A DNA stretch of 53,737 nt from IMG/VR virus record IMGVR_UViG_3300002092_000056, positions 1-53,737 of that record, one strand, 5' to 3'. The position numbers and the translations under genes were made by a program. The notes below the pieces were generated by a model, which did not search any database, was not told the DNA's origin, and was given only the letters and a program-made list of their open reading frames with translations. Positions 36,150 to 44,457 of this stretch are shown in pieces. Every line of letters starts with the position of its first letter. Positions within the stretch are counted from its first letter, which is position 1. Origin of the DNA: a virus. Lineage: Duplodnaviria > Caudoviricetes.

Positions 36150-36647
36150 TTACTCTCCCAGCTCTTGGTCGATCAGGAGCATGCCGGCTTTGTCTTGGTC
36201 GACCAGCTCGATGCGGGCCAACAAATCGCCATACTCGCCAACGCTGGTGCGCTGGATCTCCAAGAACTGAAGCAAGAATTGCTGAACCACTGGGTCGCTG
36301 TCAGCCTGGGCGTACCACTTTTTGTAGTCGTTGTACAACTCCAGCTCGGTCTCGTAACCCAGCTCGATGGCGTCGCTTAGCGTTTTGATGGACTCGTTCA
36401 TGGCCTCGACCATGGGGATCTTGGCCTCTGTGCCGACGTCGTTTTGGAACTCGACGTGGCGCTGGTAGTGAGTCAACTCGTCAGCGCTCTCGTTCAAAAA
36501 GAACTTGGCGGCGCCAAAGTAGCCGATGCGCTGCAGCGCGTTGGCGATGTGCTTGTACAGGTTCGATGCGTACAGCTCCGAGTGAACGGCGTCGTCCAGC
36601 ATAGCCTTGTGCTCGGCCGAGATAATCATTTTTGGAAGCATGTGCAT
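36150..36647 (-). CDS. Ferritin
   Basis: ELYASNLY, G.AKFF..ES.DE..H, YETE, FL..FLEIQ, IDQEL; 165-aa four-helix pattern; AAGGA RBS. Confidence 0.88.
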   Translation of the reverse strand: MHMLPKMIISAEHKAMLDDAVHSELYASNLYKHIANALQRIGYFGAAKFFLNESADELTHYQRHVEFQNDVGTEAKIPMVEAMNESIKTLSDAIELGYETELELYNDYKKWYAQADSDPVVQQFLLQFLEIQRTSVGEYGDLLARIELVDQDKAGMLLIDQELGE

Positions 36648-36655
36648 GATGGTCC

Positions 36656-39600
36656 TTAGTCGCAGTTGATTTTAACCAGGCCGGAGTCATCCAGCTCGGC
36701 CAGAATGTCGAGAAAATTGTCTTGCACGAATTTAATTTGTGCGCCGTCCGGCCGTGAAGTAAACGCCGTCTCGGCTTTGGCCTTGGCCATGCCGCGTTTG
36801 TCTAGCCCGGCGAAAACTGATTCTAAATCTGGCGTTGCACCAGAAGCAAGCTGATCGCGCAGGCGCGCTACATCCTCGGTCTTTAATCCGAGGTTGCGAA
36901 TGTCTCCCGCCGAAAGGTTGGCAAGTTCTTGGAGGCTGTTGTAAGCCCGTCGGACCACAGGTGCTGCGTTATCAGCTCCTTGAATCCTTCCAGCCGGTCC
37001 ATTGTCACCGCCTGGGGCCCGTCCTTCTGCACCACGGAATGTATCGCGTTGTTCAGCAGGGTTACCTGTTGCGGCGCCAAAGTAATCTGGTCCGGTTGAA
37101 ACACCTGTCTCACCCGTGCGTACATAGCGTTCAATGACTGATTTTCTGTCGGCATCTTTTCCTTTCCAGCGCATGACCACCACATCAGGATAGCCATCCG
37201 CTTCTTTCCAACCGCCCTTGGCCCAGAAGGCTTTTAGGTCGGACAATTTATTTGCGTCGTAGTAGCTTGCGTCAAACGGGATCGTGCCGATTGTCTCGAA
37301 GCCAAACTGACCATACATTTGGGGCAAGAATCCGTCAGGGAAGCGCTTGCTTTTGACAGCAAACGCATCTAATACGGTGGCGCCCTCAGCGATGGCCTTT
37401 GTAATGATAGCAGGAGTTGCCACTCCTGACGCTCCCGGTTCGTTGTTTGTAACCGACACTACCTCAACTTCGTTGTCCTTTATTCCGTCGACCATGTCGG
37501 CGTACCAGGGCTTACCCCGCTTCAGGCCAAAGAAGATTTGGAGGTTCTTGTTGCCGCCCTCTTTACCAAGCTGGTAAATTTTGAACGACCCGTCCTTGAC
37601 GCCAGCCTTCACCTCGTCGGCGTCGTAAAGCGTCAGGGCCGCAGCTCCTTCATTGGCGCGCAGGGCATCAACGAACTCGGTGGTCGAGATGCCGCCGGTG
37701 GCTTTTGTCTTGCCGGATTCCAGCCACTGGTTGTTGGCCAAGGCCAGCGAGGCCTGAGCCTGGCGCGAGGACGTGATGTTTTCGTAGCCGCCTTCGCCCA
37801 GGGCATCGGCGATTTCCGAAGTAATTTCCTGAATGGGCAAAACCCGATCAAAGGCATACCAAGCGCCAACTTCTTTATTGGCCAGGGTAGGCACCTTATT
37901 ATCAAAGTAATCCCGGAAAATCAATTCGTAGTTGACGCCCTTGGCCAGCTTGCCGACAACGCGCCCACGCAAACCCAGAGGGTAAGAAGGGTGCATCTTT
38001 GTACCAGCCTCGCCCAGCTTTACCGTTGGGTTTGTCTTGTCGATCTCGATCACCAGCATGGTGTCGCCCTGACGGTATCCGGCGTATTCAAGGTCCAAGG
38101 TCTCCCGACGAAAACGGTCCAGGTTGGGCAGGCCCAAAGCCTGCGCCTGTTTCGTCTCCAGCATCTTGGCCAAGGCCCCGCGCTGGTCGAAGGACAGACC
38201 GTCGATGTAGCCGAGAATGCCGGGGCTTTCAAACCCGGGGAAGTCGGGCAACGAGTTTTTGTTTTCCGAGGACTGGACGATTTTGTCGAGCGCCAGCAGG
38301 TTGTCCGGGGTGATGCGCTTGTCCCGCAGGTAGGCTTCAACCGTCTGGATGTAGGCCTGCGACACGGTGGCGTTGGTCAGGTGGCTGTTGTCGTTCATGG
38401 CGTGCACGAGGACGTAGTCCGACTCGTTCACCTTGGCCATGATCTTGGAAAGGGTCGCGCCCCCGCGCACCGCCCACACCACGTTGGCCTTTGTGTTTTC
38501 CGGAAGGCGAACAAAGTTCGGACCGCCCAGCATCTCAACCGGGAACTCCAGTTGGCTGCCGTCGATTCCGGTGTAGCTGATACCCGCTGTGGTCAGGTCC
38601 GCCTTGATCCCCATAACCCGTTTCCCGATTAGGTCACGGATGGTGATGGTGGGGATGCTGGTGAGGTTGCGTTGCTTGGCAGAAAACTTGATGCCGTTAA
38701 GCTCAAGCTCGGTACTTGTTTTCGTTACAGGGACGGGGCCTTGTCGTTCTTGATTTCTCGCACCAACTGCGCCGCCAACCTGAAGGCCTCCTCCCGTTCC
38801 GCGTCCGTGGTAGGCGCGTAAGGCTGCAATGGTGTCTGCTCTTGCTTCAAGGATTTTGTCATAGCTCTCCACCTTTGCCGGGTCGGTGCCCAGGCGTACT
38901 TGGTTAAAGGCCCACAGTGCGGCTTGCACTTGGCGGGGTTCCCATTCTAGCCGAGCGGCAATGATTTTAATCCGCTCTTTGGCAGAGGCGATCTGCCGTG
39001 GGTTGGGCGTCTTCGTGTTGAAGAACAACATGGCAATGTGGCGGTCTACTGCAATGGCGTCAACGTCGCCCTCGTTTGCCTGGCCGTATTGCGAAATTTT
39101 TGCACCCGCAAGTTTTTCATCATTGGCAATGCGGTCCAAGTTTTTAATAACCGCAGGCAGATACCCCGTAAAGGGTCGGCCAGACAGCAGCTGGTCATAC
39201 GCTTTTAACGCCAAGGTGACGTTGCCTTTGACGCCGGTCGCCTGGCTTGTTGCCGAAAGTAATTTTTGAAAAAGGTTTGAATCTTCGCCAAACGTATCAA
39301 CAATTGTTTTTTCGTGTCGGGTATACCAAGTGCGCCAAGAGCTCTGCGAATCAGCGGCGGCGACCAGCTCTTCAATGCTTCGACGGATCCGGCCTTCAGC
39401 CACGGTCTTTTGTTTTGCGCTGAAGCGCACATCGCTGCCAATCCTGGCCAACTCGACGTTGGCGGCTTCGGTCTGCCCGGCCGGAATTTGCAAATTGCCC
39501 ATGCGGACCTGGGCGCCGGGGATGTTTGTCACGTCGATGGCATTGGCTTCGCGTGAGAGTAAACCCTTAGTCAGCGTGGTGGGCGCGGCGACCTGGGGCG

Positions 39601-42600
39601 CGGCAGCAGCCAGGGGTTGTCCGATGGCGCGCACCGGCACGGCCTTGTGCTTTTGGCCAAGCAGCACGACTGCCGATTGATTGTTGCCGAACGGTGCCAT
39701 GTAGCCGTCAAAGCCGGCATTGATCACAGCCGACTCAAACGCGTTGGCGTCGACCTGGGGTTTGATCAGGCGGGATGCTGGGTCGTAGATGTTGTTGAGC
39801 TGAACTTCATGGGCGTGGCCACCAACGCCAGATTCTGGCCGAATGCCGGCGCCCTGGTCGGCGTAGAAGTAGACCCGATTTTTCAGACGCGGGTCTGTGC
39901 TGGCATCCAGACGTGTGGCCTCGGCGCCCTTCAGTCCTCGGCCGTAGTAAGCCCCGCTCAGCGACTGACGGGGAGTTGTTGAGTAATGTCGGCCGACAAC
40001 GGAGACGGCGCCCTCACGGGCTGTACCGTAGCTGGGGATCTCACCGCCCCCACCGAGTGCAGGTATTTGTCCAGCTGTGCCTGCAAGGCCTGGTGCGACT
40101 TCACCTCCTGGGGTGACATTGATTCGTTCATTTGTTTCTCCTTGCTGCTGACTGAAAGCCAGGGGCGCGGTTGCTGGGGCAGACTGTTGAAGTGTGCCGT
40201 TGCGGAACGCCACCATGGCATCACGCGCAACCATCTTAGCTTGATTTAGGTCTTTCAGGTAGCTATCTACCTTGACCGATTCCAGTTCAGTTTTGTCTTT
40301 GACGCCGCGCAACCGGACCAGCATGTTGTCCAAAATGCCAATCCACTTTTGCACGAAACCGCCAAAACCCTTGGGGTCTGCCTTGGCCAGGTCGGCCAGG
40401 AATGTCCGATCCGTGGCGCGGTTGCCCATGAAGTCGGCCGCCATTTCTGAACGCAAAGTCTGGCCAGAAAGAAGTTGCTGTAAGCGTTGTTCCCGCGCAA
40501 CAGGGTCGGCGATGCGGGCTAGTTCTTTCTTGTGCAAAAAGTTTTCAGCGTATGAGCGCTTGCCCGCTTCGGACATATCGTCAAACAAACTGTGAATCGA
40601 TGACACATATTGCTGCGCCGGTGTGTCAGTGCGCCCGGCCTGAGTATCCGCTTCTGCAATACGCTCGGCAATGTGAAAGTTTTCGTGAAAAGCTGTGGGC
40701 GCAATACCTTTTTGAGTTTTGGTATTTATTGCAATTGCGCCGCCCAGTTCAAAACCGTCTGCGCCATTGGGATCAGCATAGGCCACCACGGGGCCTGTGA
40801 CGCCAAGGGCTTTGCCTATGGCGGTGACTGCGGCTTCATCCGATTTTGCGGGCGCGGCAAGGGTTGGGACCGCGACGTTGTGTTGAGCCGCAGTTTCGTC
40901 TAGCCTGGCTTGGAGATCGGCACGGGCCGTGTCTCCAGTTCCCGTAACAGGGGCGTTAGACACCCGCCCTTGGGCGGCGCCCAAACCGAAATTGGTTTCG
41001 GGGGCTGCAGGAGCCACGGCACTTGGCGGCTTGGGGGTGAAAGTGATTGAGCCATCGTCGTTCTCCGTTTGATCAAACTCGCGCGCCAGTGTACGCCGAT
41101 CGCCCAGACGCATCTGCCCCAGCTCAGCCGGAGTCATGGTTTTAACGGCCACAGGAGGCGCTTCAACCACTGGGGTAGGCGCTGCTATGGGCGCGGCTTC
41201 GATCGGGGCTACAGCGGGCGCCTGCTCAGCCTGGCGGGCAGTCAGCTCAATGGCTGCACCGCGCCGGGTCATCGCGTGAACGGACTCGTCATTGACGATC
41301 TCAGTCAGCTTGTCGTCAGTAAGATTCGCAACAGGTTCGCCTTGAATGCTTTGAGGACGGGGTGCATTCAGGCGCAGCTTGTCTAGGCCAAACAGTTTCT
41401 CGGTCTCGGGGTTAACCGCTGGCAACGGGGCCGGGGCTGGCGCAGCAGGCAAGCCGGGAACCGGTGGCAGCTCGGTCAGGATAGCGGGGGCTGGCGCAGC
41501 AGGCAAGCCGGGGATAGGCGGCAGCTCGGTTGGCGCCGTGACCTCGGGCAGAGTAGGCGCGGCAGCGGTTGGGGGAACAATGGTGTTTGGGACCAAAAGC
41601 TCATCCACTGAGCCAGCCATCAGGTTGGCGGCGGCGACCACATCTTCGGCCGAGGTTGCTTTGCCAAACGCTTGCCCGGCCTGCGCCATCTTGGCAGTCT
41701 GCTGCGGCGTGATGATGTTGGCGTCATACGACTGAACATCAAGCAGGCGGCGGGCGACTACGTCAGCCGGAGCGGCATATTGGGCGCCGGCTACGTCTTG
41801 CGCAAAGGCTCCACCAAAAGCGCCAGCGCCGCCTTGAAAAGCTTTGACCGTTTGAGGGATGGCCAATGGGCCTTGCATAAAAGCGCCCAGTACGGCGGCA
41901 TCCGTGACTTGGTCAAGTAAGCCAACATTTTTTCCTTCGACAAATTTGTCAACGCCGTTTTGAAAAATTTGCGTAGTGGCTTCTTCAATCGATCCGGCCA
42001 CGGCCTGAGCGGTAACGACTTTACCGGTTGCAGCCAGGGCTCGACCAACAGATTGAACCGTCGGTGCTTGCAAGCTCAGAGGCAATTTACTCAGCGCAGA
42101 AAAGCTGTGATCAAAAATTCCAAGGGTGGCTTTTTCTCCCAGAATTTCAGCTCCGCCTTTGAGCACGGCGGCCAAAGAACTGTCGCCTTCGCCATAGGCT
42201 TGGCCGGCGGTTTGAGCGCCCATGGCTGGAAGCATGAACGGCCGAGTGACGGGCGCCAAGGCAGCAATAAAATTGCCAACCATTTGCGGAGCTTGTGCAG
42301 TTAAGTTGAGGCCAAGCCAAGAAGCAAATTCGCCTTTGGATACGGCACTAGCCAGGTTTTGTTTTCCGGCTTCCGGCATTGCGCTTTTGGCGCTGACGGC
42401 AAGGCGATCTGCCCAGTCATAAGTAGGTGCCCGGACATTGAAACCTTCAGGCTCAAGCTGTCCGCCAGAAAGCAGGTTGACTGTTTTCGCGGCAAAGTCG
42501 ACCATGGTCGGAATGGCGTTGGCCAAGCCGGACACGATTTGACCAGAGCCAGAAGCCAAGGCGCCAAGAACAGGGTTCTCTTTGGCAAAGGCTTCGGCGC

Positions 42601-43399
42601 TTAAATCTTGACTGGCCAAATTGATTTTGTCGGCCATGGCCGCCAAGCCGGTATCCGCTTGGACCACACCCCGTGTGGCTTCATCCAAGCGCAAAGCTTT
42701 GTCGACGCGCTGGCTTTCGGGTATGTCTTCTCTGACGTCAAAAGGTTTCTGAGAAACGTCTGGAAAAGTAACAAGAGCAGGGGCTTCTGTGCCAAGCTTC
42801 TTGATGCTTGGAGCTGTGCGAGCGGCGTTCGCGATAAGGCCAATCATGCCTTCGCGGCCCTGACTCAAATCTTTGTTGCGAACGTCTTCGGCTTGGACAT
42901 CAGCCAAAAGCCGTTGCGCGGCCTGCGCTTGAGCGTCAGTGCCATTTGCCATTTCAGACAAAGCGTCGCGACGTTTCTCGGCAGGCAGATTGGCAAAGCT
43001 GCTGCGCACCGAGTCGATGTATTCCTGGCGCAGCATACCGCCAGGTTTGCCCAAGCGTTCTTCTTGGTACGCTCGGGTTGCTTGAGGCGTATTCAGCACC
43101 GACTTGACGGACGGCGCGGGCTCCATGCCATAGGGCATTTCAGCGCCGCCCAGGGCGTTGCCCATGGCGTCGGTGTACTCGGCTGCAGCTGGCGGGGTTT
43201 CAGCCCTGGCCACGGGCGCAGCCTCTGGCGGGCGTACATAAGCAGACGCGGGCGCAGAGCCACGGCCTCCGCCAGCCTCTGATGGTTTTACGCCTTCAGG
43301 AAGTTCGCGCCTTGCAGCGTCTTCAACCGCATACCCGGACCACCAATTGTCTTTTGACTCGGTCGCCGGAGCGTAGGATTCCCACCAGTCTTTTGCCAT
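36656..43399 (-). CDS. Large polyvalent internal virion protein 1 (HExxH peptidase, ART-like, HhH glycosylase-like, unknown and GNAT domains)
   Basis: HENFH...E.AAD; HYS...YGRG...RVYFY...GFDG; WY..LLSATS...VDRH...QVQAALW; LDAF...LPQMYGQFGF...PDVVVM. Confidence 0.85.
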   Translation of the reverse strand: MAKDWWESYAPATESKDNWWSGYAVEDAARRELPEGVKPSEAGGGRGSAPASAYVRPPEAAPVARAETPPAAAEYTDAMGNALGGAEMPYGMEPAPSVKSVLNTPQATRAYQEERLGKPGGMLRQEYIDSVRSSFANLPAEKRRDALSEMANGTDAQAQAAQRLLADVQAEDVRNKDLSQGREGMIGLIANAARTAPSIKKLGTEAPALVTFPDVSQKPFDVREDIPESQRVDKALRLDEATRGVVQADTGLAAMADKINLASQDLSAEAFAKENPVLGALASGSGQIVSGLANAIPTMVDFAAKTVNLLSGGQLEPEGFNVRAPTYDWADRLAVSAKSAMPEAGKQNLASAVSKGEFASWLGLNLTAQAPQMVGNFIAALAPVTRPFMLPAMGAQTAGQAYGEGDSSLAAVLKGGAEILGEKATLGIFDHSFSALSKLPLSLQAPTVQSVGRALAATGKVVTAQAVAGSIEEATTQIFQNGVDKFVEGKNVGLLDQVTDAAVLGAFMQGPLAIPQTVKAFQGGAGAFGGAFAQDVAGAQYAAPADVVARRLLDVQSYDANIITPQQTAKMAQAGQAFGKATSAEDVVAAANLMAGSVDELLVPNTIVPPTAAAPTLPEVTAPTELPPIPGLPAAPAPAILTELPPVPGLPAAPAPAPLPAVNPETEKLFGLDKLRLNAPRPQSIQGEPVANLTDDKLTEIVNDESVHAMTRRGAAIELTARQAEQAPAVAPIEAAPIAAPTPVVEAPPVAVKTMTPAELGQMRLGDRRTLAREFDQTENDDGSITFTPKPPSAVAPAAPETNFGLGAAQGRVSNAPVTGTGDTARADLQARLDETAAQHNVAVPTLAAPAKSDEAAVTAIGKALGVTGPVVAYADPNGADGFELGGAIAINTKTQKGIAPTAFHENFHIAERIAEADTQAGRTDTPAQQYVSSIHSLFDDMSEAGKRSYAENFLHKKELARIADPVAREQRLQQLLSGQTLRSEMAADFMGNRATDRTFLADLAKADPKGFGGFVQKWIGILDNMLVRLRGVKDKTELESVKVDSYLKDLNQAKMVARDAMVAFRNGTLQQSAPATAPLAFSQQQGETNERINVTPGGEVAPGLAGTAGQIPALGGGGEIPSYGTAREGAVSVVGRHYSTTPRQSLSGAYYGRGLKGAEATRLDASTDPRLKNRVYFYADQGAGIRPESGVGGHAHEVQLNNIYDPASRLIKPQVDANAFESAVINAGFDGYMAPFGNNQSAVVLLGQKHKAVPVRAIGQPLAAAAPQVAAPTTLTKGLLSREANAIDVTNIPGAQVRMGNLQIPAGQTEAANVELARIGSDVRFSAKQKTVAEGRIRRSIEELVAAADSQSSWRTWYTRHEKTIVDTFGEDSNLFQKLLSATSQATGVKGNVTLALKAYDQLLSGRPFTGYLPAVIKNLDRIANDEKLAGAKISQYGQANEGDVDAIAVDRHIAMLFFNTKTPNPRQIASAKERIKIIAARLEWEPRQVQAALWAFNQVRLGTDPAKVESYDKILEARADTIAALRAYHGRGTGGGLQVGGAVGARNQERQGPVPVTKTSTELELNGIKFSAKQRNLTSIPTITIRDLIGKRVMGIKADLTTAGISYTGIDGSQLEFPVEMLGGPNFVRLPENTKANVVWAVRGGATLSKIMAKVNESDYVLVHAMNDNSHLTNATVSQAYIQTVEAYLRDKRITPDNLLALDKIVQSSENKNSLPDFPGFESPGILGYIDGLSFDQRGALAKMLETKQAQALGLPNLDRFRRETLDLEYAGYRQGDTMLVIEIDKTNPTVKLGEAGTKMHPSYPLGLRGRVVGKLAKGVNYELIFRDYFDNKVPTLANKEVGAWYAFDRVLPIQEITSEIADALGEGGYENITSSRQAQASLALANNQWLESGKTKATGGISTTEFVDALRANEGAAALTLYDADEVKAGVKDGSFKIYQLGKEGGNKNLQIFFGLKRGKPWYADMVDGIKDNEVEVVSVTNNEPGASGVATPAIITKAIAEGATVLDAFAVKSKRFPDGFLPQMYGQFGFETIGTIPFDASYYDANKLSDLKAFWAKGGWKEADGYPDVVVMRWKGKDADRKSVIERYVRTGETGVSTGPDYFGAATGNPAEQRDTFRGAEGRAPGGDNGPAGRIQGADNAAPVVRRAYNSLQELANLSAGDIRNLGLKTEDVARLRDQLASGATPDLESVFAGLDKRGMAKAKAETAFTSRPDGAQIKFVQDNFLDILAELDDSGLVKINCD
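36883..37155 (-). CDS. Overprinted +1-frame ORF (90 aa) after the GNAT domain, candidate immunity protein
   Basis: AAAGGAAAAG-ATG; MPTENQSLNAMYARVRQVF...LEGFKELITQHLW. Confidence 0.55.
   Translation of the reverse strand: MPTENQSLNAMYARVRQVFQPDQITLAPQQVTLLNNAIHSVVQKDGPQAVTMDRLEGFKELITQHLWSDGLTTASKNLPTFRRETFATSD
38725..38862 (-). CDS. Overprinted +1-frame ORF (45 aa) after the HhH-like domain, candidate immunity protein
   Basis: AGGTGGAGAGCT-ATG; MTKSLKQEQTPLQPYAPTTDAEREEAFRLAAQLVREIKNDKAPSL. Confidence 0.55.
   Translation of the reverse strand: MTKSLKQEQTPLQPYAPTTDAEREEAFRLAAQLVREIKNDKAPSL
39958..40131 (-). CDS. Overprinted +1-frame ORF (57 aa) before the ART-like domain, candidate immunity protein
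   Basis: AAGGAG-AAACAA-ATG; MNESMSPQEVKSHQALQAQLDKYLHSVGAV... Confidence 0.55.
   Translation of the reverse strand: MNESMSPQEVKSHQALQAQLDKYLHSVGAVRSPATVQPVRAPSPLSADITQQLPVSR
41433..41530 (-). repeat. Intragenic tandem duplication (54-nt period)
   Basis: TELPP(I/V)PGLPAAPAPA twice; ggggctggcgcagcaggcaagccggg twice. Confidence 0.8.
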
Positions 43400-43404
43400 A
43401 TTTT

Positions 43405-44457
43405 TTACCTGAAACGGATGGAGCCATCTGGGGCTTTGAAGCGAGTGCCTGGCGCAAGTTTAGCAACTTCGGCGGCCGACTTAGGTTCGGGCAAGCTTGC
43501 GCTTGAAGGAGCGGCTGGCGCGGTAGCGCTGGGTCCTTTGGCTTCCCAAGAATTAAGGCGAGTGCGGGCCGTGGACACCGCATCAATCGCGTCTTTTGCG
43601 GCTTCAAGTTTGGCTTTAGAAGTCGGGTCTGATTCAGCGCGTTTTCTCAGACGACTTAACTCTTCATTGACGTTGGTCGTGTTAACGCCAAGATGTTCTG
43701 CCAAATCGTCTTTTGCCGATTTGAGTTTTCGGTCCAGGTCCATCGTGGTTTCACGGTGATCGCGTCCGCCGGTATCTTTGTTCGCCCGAGTCTCCGCCGC
43801 CCCGGCCATGCGGGCGGTGCTGTTAGCGTTTTGAGCCAGGATGTCCAGGCGGGCATTGGTGCTTGCTTCAAAAGCTTCTTGCTTTTTGACTCGGTTTTCT
43901 TCGCTGATTTCTTTAAGGACGGCAGTGCGTTGATCTTGCAAATCTTTGATAGTGCTTGAGTGCGCGCCGGCTTCCATAGCGGCTTTAACCGTGTCCGAAG
44001 CTGCTTGCAAACGCGGATTTTCTTTTTGGATCAGACCGGCGTCCTCATACACTTTTCGGTATTGCGGGTTTTTATCAACCAACTCTTTGATTTGTTCAGG
44101 CGTAGCCGCAGGCGATTCGCCCGCAACTTGAGACCCATACTGGCTGATCTGCGCGACCTCGCGCTCGTTTGGCATTTGCTGAGCCCGAGCTTCAGCTGCT
44201 GTAATTTCCTTAATTTTGCGCTGCTGCAAAGCCTCATCCGCAGCTTTGACTTTTTGCTCGCGATAGTCAACCATCGCCTCTTGGCTTTTCAAAGCATTGG
44301 CCGAGCGTTGATCTTCGCGTTCAGCCAAAGCCCTGGCGCGTGCGTCTTCGCGTGCAGCCAAGGCCTCTTGCTCGCCCTGGCGCGCATACATGCTGCCGAT
44401 CATCGAGCCGGTGTCTGCCAGGCTTTTGCCCAGCGCGCCCCAAATCAATCCGCTCAT
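43405..44457 (-). CDS. Internal virion/DNA ejection protein
   Basis: 350 aa helical; C-terminal LAPGTRFKAPDG motif; directly upstream of the giant protein. Confidence 0.65.
   Translation of the reverse strand: MSGLIWGALGKSLADTGSMIGSMYARQGEQEALAAREDARARALAEREDQRSANALKSQEAMVDYREQKVKAADEALQQRKIKEITAAEARAQQMPNEREVAQISQYGSQVAGESPAATPEQIKELVDKNPQYRKVYEDAGLIQKENPRLQAASDTVKAAMEAGAHSSTIKDLQDQRTAVLKEISEENRVKKQEAFEASTNARLDILAQNANSTARMAGAAETRANKDTGGRDHRETTMDLDRKLKSAKDDLAEHLGVNTTNVNEELSRLRKRAESDPTSKAKLEAAKDAIDAVSTARTRLNSWEAKGPSATAPAAPSSASLPEPKSAAEVAKLAPGTRFKAPDGSIRFR

Noticed and set aside
37633-37905. Nested +1 ORF before the GNAT domain
   Set aside because: No clear SD, shadow-like composition, and the main frame is not low complexity there.
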